Origin: Octopus vulgaris
Taxonomy: Eukaryota
Assembly (NCBI GenBank): GCA_951406725.2
Contig: OX597817.1
Coordinates: 620,001 to 684,000, forward strand
Direction of reading: 5' to 3'
Length of the DNA stretch: 64,000 nucleotides
The position numbers were made by a program, and so were the translations under genes. The notes under the pieces are model-generated. The model saw only the letters and a list, made by a program, of their open reading frames with translations. It was not told the origin of the DNA and did not search any database. The stretch's first letter is position 1; every line of letters begins with the position of its first letter. Below, in pieces: positions 39,173 through 50,469 of this stretch.

Positions 39173-39736
39173 AGATCTTTCAAGTTACCTTTACTTCAGG
39201 TATTTAATCAAAGAATGCTTTCAACTTGAAAAGGAAGGGTTTTATATCTAATTTGAGTTTATTTTTTTACAAACGATACACAATGCTTCAAGCAAACTAC
39301 AAAACTCTTTTATTTCTTTCAAAATGGCAATTTTAGTTTGATATTTTCTTGCTAAAAGATTTTTGAACTGATAGAGGAAGAGGTTGCTGATTTTCTTTTA
39401 TTTAAAAAAAAATCATTTTGATAAAATCAGCCACCTTTTTGATTAATCGCTTGTAACTTCTTTAATTAGTATGGAAAAAAGCTACAATGGCATATCAATA
39501 ACATTTAAACCCAAACTTCTACAAATTAAGGTTATAAAAAGTAGTCATTTATGTTGAATGCTTTGGATCAATACAAAAATATATGATTAGCCTAATTAGA
39601 GTTAGTCATGACCTGAATTATTAAGTTGGATTCAAATTCAAAGTTTTCATGAACCAACTCCACAGCCAGTCCTGGTTTTCAGTTAGATCTCATGAGAACT
39701 ACGACATGCATGAATCAAAGGCATGTAAGAACTTGC

Positions 39737-39793
39737 CACTGATTCTAATTCCCATTTCATCTTGCAGTTTTTGAAATATTTCTTATAAGCAGT
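39737..39793 (-). CDS. Candidate upstream exon of the AT-hook gene
   Basis: Acceptor tttttttactgtAG; open frame TAYKKYFKNCKMKWELESV; non-canonical GCaagt donor in phase 0, matching the 18605 acceptor. Confidence 0.3.
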
Positions 39794-42700
39794 CTACAGT
39801 AAAAAAATGGCCCAGTTTTATGTTCCTTTACGAGTAGGAATTTATTTGAATCTTTGTATTGTTTGATGAAAGATGTAGCACAGTGGATGTATTTTATGAC
39901 ATAGCAAGCATACTAAGAGAACTACTCAATTCACTCATTTGAGCACAGCTAGGAAAATCATGGAAAGATCATAAAACAAAATATTGGAAAGCAATTAAAT
40001 ATTTTAATTCTTCATAAGAATCATCATTGAAAATGAAGACTATTTTTAAAAGTGGGTTTAAAAGTAGGATCGGAAAAAGTAGGTTAATAAAGAGGAAATT
40101 ATTGGGCCAGGAGACTGGTGTTCCCTTGCAAAAATGTTTGAGACAACCCAAAACATTCCCTGCATTAACCCGGGTGATTGCAAGGCTGAAGCACAGAAAC
40201 AGTCGAGCATCTTGATGCAGGGCCTGTAAGAGGTAAAAGTCAGCTGGTACATCAGTCCAGGGCTCAGAGTGTCAAGGAAGTACGCATGACTATCCACCAG
40301 CCCCTCTACAAATCCAGGCTAAATTCTCCACACTCTCAGTTTGGAGAGGACCTCATTTCTGAACTCTGAAAAGCAGCCATGTTCCACATTGCCAAATTTC
40401 TCTCAGAGTCCCTGCCTCTACAAACCTCACCCAGTGAAATGAGTTGCTAATGATATTAGGGTCAGCTGCCCATTCCCCAGAACATCTCTAATGCCACAGG
40501 TTGGGAAACCTAATTTACCAAAGACTGGCATTTCAGTGTTTCATTTTATTGAGCTTTGGATGAAGTTCACTTCCACCTCTGCCACAACTTTAAGGAGATG
40601 TAATGGAACAAAGAGCCACTAATGCTGGTATCTCATCTGAGACCCCTGCCTCTATTCCAAAGACAGGGAGTGAGACAATCCCACTATCTCCAGTACTGAG
40701 ACGATATTTACCCTGGTTAGGGTTTGTTTAATGATTAGGTTTAATTTGTGACAACCAAAGTGACACATTTTCAGTTGATATGACAATCCATAAAGACCAC
40801 CTGGCCTCAAGGGGCTTGCCATACTAGCACCTCATTTCAACACAAAGGTGAGCCCTGACTCTTAGAGTGATGGAGATGCTGAGATCATCCATGCTAAGTA
40901 AACCATTGATGTTTTGCACAAGCAACACTTTATACATTAATTAAACTAATCAAGATGAGAATCAAAAATGTGTTTTGATTGTAAATGGTCCCTAATTCTC
41001 TTTGTCAATTTCCCCTGCTCTGAAACCACATAATTTCCACAATTATAATTTTCTTCACAATCCTCTTGGAGCTATCCCATTTTGGAAAGGAAACGATGTT
41101 GCTCACTAAAGAGGAACAGGTAAGGGAGAAGTAGTGAGGAGCATTTACATAAACCCAGACCCCAAAATTGCTAGAGTAATGCTACTAAGGGATACTAAAA
41201 TGAGCTTAACATTGACCAAGCTTTTGAGTTTCCCATATATATTAGATTGTTAAAGAGTTGCAGGAATGGTGAGAATCTGATCAGCCCTCAAAATGTAAAC
41301 TAATTTATGGACAGATAAATAATTGCTGAGAATAAAAAAGCTTTGATGGAGCTCAGTTACATCTATGTTTTTGAGTAAGTTTGAAGTCTGACAGCCAAGC
41401 AATATTGGAAATTAAGTCTCCAAAGAGAAACTCACGCCAATTGGGGAGGGACTAAGATGGGAATGATTGACTGTTATAAAATTTATCACCAAATTAAGCC
41501 AGTGAGAGCACAAATTAAAAAAAAAATGGGACAAACAACTGATATCAGCTGCAACTTTATCCCTTTGTGATACCACCAGCATCGAAACACTATCTTTATC
41601 AAAAAGATTTTTAACTCATGGCCTCAGAACCAAAACAGATTAGAAAATAAGGAAAACTGAATGACATTATCAAGTTGATAAAAGTGATTGAAATGCAGTT
41701 GAGCTGGTTACATGTAGAAGATGAGTTGATTCCAAGACACCACAAGGGAAACAGGAGATACCAACAAACCAGTTGAAGGGATGAATAGGATAGGTTTGAA
41801 AAAATGTAGAGATTGGGTAACATAAAGCTGAAAGTTACGGAGAAGGTGGAGGGTTGTTTTTTTTTCCAAGTAGCAGGAGATTAATGAGGATTTGACTGAT
41901 TGATACTAGGTATCAAAGTTTTGGTGAACTGCTGTGACTTTTTAACACACTTTAGCATACGATTAAGAAATAAGCAAATGTAAATGCAATCGTATAATTG
42001 TGAAGAATCAAGGAAACAATGATAACTTACACAAGTACAGTGATTTTTCCTTCATTCATTGTTTAGTCACTGCATACAAGTTGTACTGTCCAGTAATGTG
42101 CTACTTAAAATACTTTATTACTTTAATAATATTTATATTATTTAAATGAAATACGACTTTTCCTCCTGTAACCTTATTTCCATTTAGATTTTTTTCAAAG
42201 ACTACCATGATTCTTCAGTCTCAACACACTTGATCTGGGATCAAGTCACTAACTATGCAAGTGCAATTCTGAAACCTCCATATTTAAATTCTGAAAAGTA
42301 ATTTCTTCAATGTTATAAAATTTATCACCAAATTAAACTAATTAGGGTATAAATCTTTAATAATGGAAAGAAAAATAATTGATTGCAGCTGACACTTTAT
42401 CCTTTTCTGATACGAGCTGCATCTTGGATTTCTTTGAACGTCAAAATATAGCCTTGATCAACATGATTTCTAACACTGACACATGACATCTCAAATTTGG
42501 TGGGAGGGTATAATTGATTTAACCAACACCAGAACTTCACTAGCATCATTTTATCAACCCTGCAAGTATGAAAATTCCTTCTCATCATAATAGCTTAGAA
42601 CTGCAAGAAAGATACTGTCACAGTTGAAAACTATTTGTTTAATGGAAGATTCATTGCTCAACTAGAATTCAAGAATGTTGAGTTTCAATATTGCAGATCT

Positions 42701-43849
42701 GTTAAACTCTCTTCTAATAAAATAGGCATTGAAATTACAGCAGAGATGAAAGATCAAATGACGGAATTGCTGTTATTGATTTGGGATTTGAAATTACTTT
42801 GAACTATTGGCTGCTATATTAACAGGTCTGACAACCTGTGTAGAAGCGTCGTCTATGTTCATCGATACGGGCATAAATTAGCTAAACTTTTAGTCTTCAT
42901 CTATGTCAATAATTGTTATGCAAGTACAAAGCAGATCACCAGCAACGACAGAATAATCAAAACAATTATTTATTTATTTTGACTATTTAAAGAGAATACA
43001 GATTCCAGATACAGATTAGAAACTGTGTGTGTGTCAGTGGTGCGCCTTGTTTAGGAGAATCTCAGTTTACATCTTCACAATTGTAAAGATGAAAACCAGC
43101 GATAAAGTTGTAACGATGACAAGAAGAAAGAAGCTAATTTTAGCAGCAAAGCCGAAAACTGTACTCAGATGAATATTCTTCATTTAAGAATCACTTGAGC
43201 GATTCAGTTCCTTTAGTAATATATTCTCACGTGTATCTAAAAGTCAGTAATCACTTGTTTGTCACTTTAATGGAACAAGTAAAACTAAACAGCTAAATAT
43301 CGATCTATACTTTGGCTAAACACCAAAGATTGACAAGGCCATTCATTGATAAAACAAAAAACAAAAACAGAAGCTAATAGGAACTTACAACATTAAACAT
43401 GATTAAGAAATAAGGGATCTGGAATCGATATTGTACATGTTGCCAGTTTGATCGATCCAAAGAATGTCGAGGGTCCAATATTAGAGCCAGGAATGAGAGA
43501 TGATGGGATTTCTGTTTAATTATAGAGGTTTTCAAGAATATGTTTAATCGAAGATTTTGTTTCTTTATATAACAAGGGTTTACAACAAAGGCATCTAAAT
43601 TGAATTCATTCGTTATCGTTGATGCCTTTCCTTGTGAGAAAATAGAAATCAGTTTGTATGGAACAACCCTGAAATGAATATTAAATACACACGGATATAT
43701 TATGGCATGTGTGAGATGGGCAAAGGGTTAATTTGGTTTTTATAAGTGAAATTTATTGAAGTAAAGCGAGAAAAAAAAGCAGGACAAACGAAAAGTTGGG
43801 AATGAAAAGTGTGAAAAGGAGAAAAGGTTGGTTTTTCTGTATAAAAGTG

Positions 43850-45700
43850 GAATTAATTTCGGTCAAAGAACGCCTCAACACTTTGCGTCCCGACCAAACA
43901 CCAACAGAAATTTCCACCGTTTACGGATGTATTTAGGGTGTATTTAGGGTGTATTTAGGGTACTTATTCCAGTAAGAGATCCTGCAAAGGAATTCTCGGA
44001 AAATAACAAAAATATTACTTTACCTGCTTTTTTTTTTTTTAATTAAATTTGGTTTGATTACACCTGCTTTAGGAATCTAATGCCATGTTTGCCTCCAGCT
44101 TGGGTAAAGGATAAAACTACTCACAACACGCTTCTTTGCTATTATTTTCCTCTGATTCGCTTTCTAACTGTACTTTTTTTGTTTTGTTTGTATATCTCTC
44201 TCTCTCTCTTTCACTCTCTCTCTCTCTCTCTCCCTCTCTCTATGTATGACTATTTCCCTCTCTGCTCAACTAATTGTGCCCGAGTTTCCCTCCTCTCCGT
44301 TAGCGCCGTTGTCGGAGTTACCTCCCTTGTTCGCTACCCAACATTTTAGCGGTGAAGGCTGGAGTTAGAAATAGTAATGAGGGCGACGGAGGCGAGAGAG
44401 GGAGAAAGCGAGAGCGATGGAGAGAGAGAGAGGGGAAAGCGAGAGCGATGGAGAGAGAGAGAGGGGAAAGCGAGAGCGATGGAGAGAGGGAGAAAGCGAG
44501 AGCGATGGAGAGAGAGAGAGAGAGGGAGAAAGCGAGAGCGATGGAGAGAGAGGGAGAAAGCGAGAGCGATGGAGAGAGAGAGAGAGGGAGAAAGCGAGAG
44601 CGATGGAGAGAGAGAGAGGAATGTATGACTGGCAAATGAACAAAAACAGAGGATAGAAGTAGTAGCATCACGAATCATGGTAGTAATAGTAGTAGTAGTA
44701 GTAGTAAGAGCGGCAGCAGTGCATGTTAGAGTGGTAGTAGTAGTGGTGGTGGTGGTGGTGGTAGTAACTATTTTCTCCAAAGAATTGCATTTCGGACGGC
44801 GTCGACCTTTTCTTCCCCAAACCCTTTCACACTTCCACTAAAATGGAATTTCTCTACATTTAAAACCCCAAACATTATTTGCACTCATCTACATAGGATT
44901 CATTAAAAAGATCTTTTCTTTGGCGCATTTGGGGGGGGGGCAGATAATTTTTATCTAAATATAATTTTATTTAAAAGAAATTTTAAATTTTATTGAAGTT
45001 GAATTTTTAGAATCAAATATAAATTTTATATTTGAAATCTTCCATATTTAGTTTGTTTCTTCATCACATTTGTACTTCTCTTTCTTCAAAACTAAAAATC
45101 GTTATTAAAAAAGAAATAAAGTAAAATGACAGTTAAAATTACATTTTCGTATGTCAGCACTTTTATCTAATTTATTTATATTTTCTTTTTTTTCTTTCTC
45201 AAACAGCAGAATATATACAATACCCTATCTCTTATTGGTCTTCCAGAAATCCGGTCTTATATTGTACCTCATATGAAGTAAACAGACCGTTTTTTAAGGT
45301 TAATTTGCTGCGTTAGAAATAATTTGGGTTTTTTTACTTTTTTAAGCGGATTCGTGAAAATTAAACATATTCTTGCTTCAGAATTGGATTAATTTGTATC
45401 TGTATTTGTTAAATAAAATCATGTTATTTTCATCCTGACATTATACTGTATATATGACTATGAAGTATTTTAAGAATTTTAAAGGGATAAATATAAGACA
45501 GACCCTGCTTTACAAAATGTGTTAATTTGAATCCATTAAATACGATTTAGCTCTTTAATTATCATAGTTTATTTTATTTTTAATGTGAGTATATATTTAG
45601 GCCTATCTCCCCAAAATCTAGAAATCAGTGACACTTCCGGCCGTCCCCAACCAGCCGGTCCAGTAACTGGTCCAGTACTTTATATAAATGGCTAAAAAAG
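43850..45700. promoter_or_regulatory. Promoter-like region
   Basis: Locally CpG-enriched core (~44270-44400), no recognisable TEs, CT- and GA-rich tracts, ETS-like ACTTCCGG at 45633-45640, minus-strand donor-like sites at ~44023, ~44124 and ~44321. Confidence 0.45.
44392..44620 (+). repeat. Purine-rich minisatellite, 7 copies of (GA)nGG[A/G]..AAAGCGAGAGCGATG
   Basis: Seven occurrences of aaagcgagagcgatgg separated by variable (GA)n. Confidence 0.95.
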
Positions 45701-46651
45701 TAAAAGAATTCACGGGTTTTACAAACTTTTACTTTCTCTCTCCAAATGCTTTAGAAGAGAGAACGCAAGAAACAATGACGTCATACTACAGTGAAAAGTA
45801 CATTCAAAATTTAAAGGGAGAAAAATCTGCCACGCCTTTCTTTTTTCTTGTGGCTCTCGTCACAGACTTCTTCTCAGAAGAGCGATGCACTTTGACAATT
45901 TGATCATCGCACAAAATGCTTTGCGGTGATAATATCAGCCCTTTTGTGTTCCATCTTCAAATGCCAACTGTCTAACGCAAGAGCCTTTCTCATTTCTTTT
46001 TTAATAGTTTCGTCTTGACGAAGTGACTGTGTCTGGAAACTTGCTTGACATGCTAGAAAAAGTAACCTAATTGCCTTCATTTAACACTCTATCGTGTTAA
46101 AAAAAAGCACATCTTGGATAATGCAAAATAAAGTGCCTTATGCGGCTTTTGACAGGTACTTTCTCGCAAAAATTTATTACCTCCTCGTTGAATTTTTTTA
46201 AAAAATCTTTCCTACAACACTCAGTCTATTTATTCAGCACCATTTGTTGACAATAACCGGCTACACACCCAAGTGTGAAAATTTTCTACAAATACCTTTC
46301 AGATGGTGGAGATTACAATTATATCCGAATTTAATGTGGAAAAAAAAATATTGATGGGCGCGCACACATCATACTGACATAGGGCACAATTTTTTCAAAA
46401 AGTAATGTTTCATTTTATATATATGATATATATATTTCAGTCATGCAGGAGCACCGCCTTTTAGTCGAACAAATCGCCCCCAGGACTCATTCTTTGTAAG
46501 CCTAGCACTTATTCTATGGGTCACTTTTGTCGAACCGCTAAGTTACGGGGACGTAAACACACCAGCATCGGTTGTCAAGCGATGTTGGGAAACAAACACA
46601 GACGCACAAATATATATACACACACACATCGTCGTGTGTGTGTGTGTGTGA

Positions 46652-46965
46652 AGGCGCATGGCTCAGTGGTTAGAGCGTCGAGCTTACGCTCGTAAAGTTG
46701 TGAGCTCGAATCCCGGATCGGGCTGCGTGTTGTGTTCTTGAGCAAGACCCTTTATTTCACGTTGCTCCAGTTCACTCAGCTGTAGAAATGAGTTGCGACA
46801 TCACTGGTGCCAAGCTGTATCGGCCCCTTTGCCTCTCCCTTGGATAACACTAGTGGCGTGGAGAGGGGAGGCCGGTATGCAAGGGCAACTGCTGGTCTTC
46901 CATAAACAACCTTGCCCGGACTTGTGCCTGGGAGGGGAACTTTCTAGGTGCAATCCCATGGTCTG
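46652..46965 (+). mobile_element. SINE family A nested in a minus-strand family-B SINE (~46435-47075)
   Basis: Colinear with 8545-8883; flanked by the two halves of a family-B SINE. Confidence 0.85.
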
Positions 46966-47075
46966 TGTCGTGACGGGCTTCCGTTTACCACATCCACTCG
47001 CGCTTTAATCGGCCCGGTGCTATAGTAGAAGACACTTGCCCAAGGTGGGACTGAACCACACATCCACTCCTGCGC

Positions 47076-47128
<53 letters not shown>

Positions 47129-47819
47129 CATACATACATATATATATATAATGATGTGTGTGTGTATATGCGTACCCATCTATTATTTTCACATTAAATT
47201 CCAATATAATTGTAATCTACACCACTTAAAAGATATTTGTAGAAAATTTCATTAAAAATAATTAATTTTTTCTTAAAGATATGAGGAAACAAAGTCAAGA
47301 GGAGGCACACGTGTGTGTTCCAAAACGTTCGACATCGAAGAGCTGTCTCTAAGCTTCTCTTTTTCTCCGAGTAGTGCAAAATATTTATCCTATTTTGTGA
47401 ACTATTTTTGTAATGACAACAACCTCTTGGTATAAAACGCTCCACTTCACTTAGACACACTAGCTAAATTTTTCGTCTTATCAAACCCTATTATCTTAAA
47501 ACAATGACAATAGGCATATTCCATAATGTGTCTTTCTTAGGATATATCACTTCATGGAGAATGGATGGAATACCTTTACACTTAGATCTATTAGACCAGA
47601 TCACCATTAATGTACTGATAATTGAAAAGCGTTATGGTCAAAAATAGGAAACCCGGAGCCCATAAGTTTACAGCCGATGGATATTGTGAGATCGTGTTTT
47701 CGATTCCCAGACCAGGCGTTGTGTTGTGTTTAAGCAAAACACTTTATTTCACGTTTTCTGTGATCATTGCAGAACCCTAATAGGTCGTCTAACGAGAGAG
47801 TCCAGGATATAGTTGTGTG

Positions 47820-48250
47820 GTTTTCAAATTTTGGCAAAAGGCTAGCAATTTTAGGAAATGGGGTAAGTCGATGACATTGATCGCAGTGCCCAGTTGGTAC
47901 TTATTTTTATCAACCACGAAAGGCAAAGTCGACCTCACCGGAATTCGAACTCGGAATGTAAAGATGGACGAAATGCCGCTAAGCATTTTGCTAGGCGTGC
48001 TAACGATTCTACTAGTGCTCCACATTTTAATTATGTTGGCTTCAAATTTTGGCAAAAGATCAAGCGTTCGAGAATGAGGTTAAGTCAATTACATTGATCC
48101 CCAGTGCGTAACTGGTACTTATTTTATCGATCCAAGAAGGATGAAAGGCAAAACAGACCTCGGCGAAATTTGAACTCAGAACGTGGAGATGGACGAAATG
48201 GCGCTAAACATTTCGCCCGTTGTGCTACCGATTCGGCCGGCTCACCACCT
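47820..48250 (-). mobile_element. Two tandem copies of SINE family C
   Basis: Repeated ..ggtacttatttt..gaaaggcaaa..gacctc..aatt[c/t]gaactc..gacgaaatg..gctaa..cattt; plus-strand copies at ~56105-56320, ~63030-63240, ~63838-64000. Confidence 0.75.
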
Positions 48251-50469
48251 TCTATATATATATATATTGAAAAGCATTTTAGAGTCTGAAGGATTCAACG
48301 TACTCTCCAGATTGTTCGTTCAAACATTGTCAAAATGATTAAAATCTAGGTGGTGGATGATAATAATTCTAAAACGTACAATACTGTAAATGAAGTAACA
48401 TCATATAGACCCATCGTTCTGTTGTGGATACCAGTGGTTAAAAAATACTCACACAAAGGGGAAAAAAACTAACATCAACAAAGTTTTCTATACCATTCAT
48501 TCCCTGCTATTTATTTATACAAAAAGTACTCGACCTCTGGAAATATTAGATAATGTCTTCAAATTCCCTTCATATAGGAAACAACGGAATGGTCAAGGCT
48601 GTTATGCTTTTGATCATAGGCCATCTCGATCAAGGTTGATACGGGATTAAATATCCATAACATTAAACACTAGCTTGCAACAATCTGTAAGGTCAGCAAG
48701 CATATGTTGTGCAGAAGAAAAACATTTCCAGAACAAGCGATTTCTCTAATAAGTACCACAGGGATTCATCTTCTCATCCGCCTTTTTCAAAGTACATGCA
48801 GACGGCATTCCTACATCTTCACAAAACATATACACAGCCTCATAGGTAGATGGCATCCAATTTGCAGTCGCTGCAATGATTTTAACCCAAAATACACCAC
48901 CAAGAAATCTGGACCCAAAGAACGGTTTTAAAGTAGGATGTACTTTGAGAGATATTTGGCTGTTAATTTTAGCAGGTCATGCGGCTGCGTTCACTTCCCT
49001 CATTTAACGTTTTTCAACATCAAGCATAGAACAAAGCTAGTAATGTTTCAATACCAGATCGTTTATTATGCACACACCTAATACTAAAACATATCTTGAC
49101 AGAAAGCCTGGAATTTGTAAGGGGATTTGTAGATTACATCAACATCGGTAGTTGAATGGTACATTATTTTATCGAATCCAGTAAAATGGAAGAAAAGGTG
49201 ATCCCCGTAGGATTTGAAGTAAGAACATACAGAACCAGACCAAATGCGCCAAGGGTTTTGTCCGATGCTCTAACGATTCTGCAAAACGATTACCTTGGAA
49301 ATAATTTAAATAATACTAGTCATGACGTTTATGACTTCTGCCTTTTCCTTGTTTTTTTTTTTTTTTCTTAATACTTTTGTCTTGAGAAAAGGACTGTGTC
49401 CGTGGGCCTTGGCAGAAAACTGAAACCAAAGACATTGGTATCATAAACGTTCAATGAACCTTGCTCGACATGCTAGAAAGAGCAACCTAATCTTTCTTAT
49501 CTGACATTCTTAAAATAAAGCACATCTTTGTTAATGTAATTCAAATTAGATATTTCATACTCACGAATGATTTTCACATGATTAAAGTGAGTACGGTAAA
49601 AAATTCTGTTATCGTAGACTCACCCCCTCTTGAATGCTCATATCTATATGTATGATAGTTAATGAGAGTGTATAACTCTTACGTATTAGAGGTGGTCTAC
49701 CGTATAGTTATAATACTGGATGGAAAACAATCTGCTTTAGAATTGAATCCATTTTCCATATTCTACAACAATGAGCCGTTCTAGATTAAAATCTTGAAGA
49801 GGTTAGTTCAGTGGTTCTGAGCCATTTTTTTGCCTAATTAACACAGAACCAGACTAAATGCGGGATGGGATTATCTAATAACTTCGCAAACGTCGTCATC
49901 CACCATCTAATTTGATACCATCACCTGACCCTTGTGTACCTTCAACGGAGGTGATTCTACTGCAAGAACTTGAAGCAAGCTTCTGGGTTGAAAAATATAA
50001 GATCTCCCTCCTTGTCTCCTATTCTAGAAGGTCCTGTCAAAAATGTCGTTAGTGTTGCTCTTCCTAAACTATAAAAATAAACACTGTCTAATTAGTTTGG
50101 CCCCACTATTATCGATCCTTTTATGATCTGCTCCCTGCCAGCTTTTTATTAGAATATATCTGTGATTTAATTTTCACATCTACAGTGTCTTTCAATATAC
50201 GGGTTCTATCCAAGTTTCAGTTAGAGTTAAATCATGGGGCGAATTGTGATCCTGTTCATAACGTTTACGGTATGGCTAGCACTATAATCTATGGAGTTAC
50301 TGGTATAGATTGGTTATTGTAGAGAGTGAAACCTGAAAATAAGCGACCACTGCGTATCGGAGTGTGCCGTACGGTCGTCTTCAGCAAGCATAATTGAGGA
50401 AATGGATCAATGAGCGGCACCTCATCATTTGGCCGAGTATCGATTGGGACTGGGTTAAGGCTGCTCAAC

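Noticed and set aside
40200-40900. Higher-GC block, possibly a Tx1-like LINE remnant
   Set aside because: No diagnostic motif could be read with confidence.
43928-43960. Interstitial telomere array
   Set aside because: Period is 11 bp, not 6, with only three units.
44318-44780. ER-rich and SL-rich ORFs
   Set aside because: Translations of the GA minisatellite, open in several frames.
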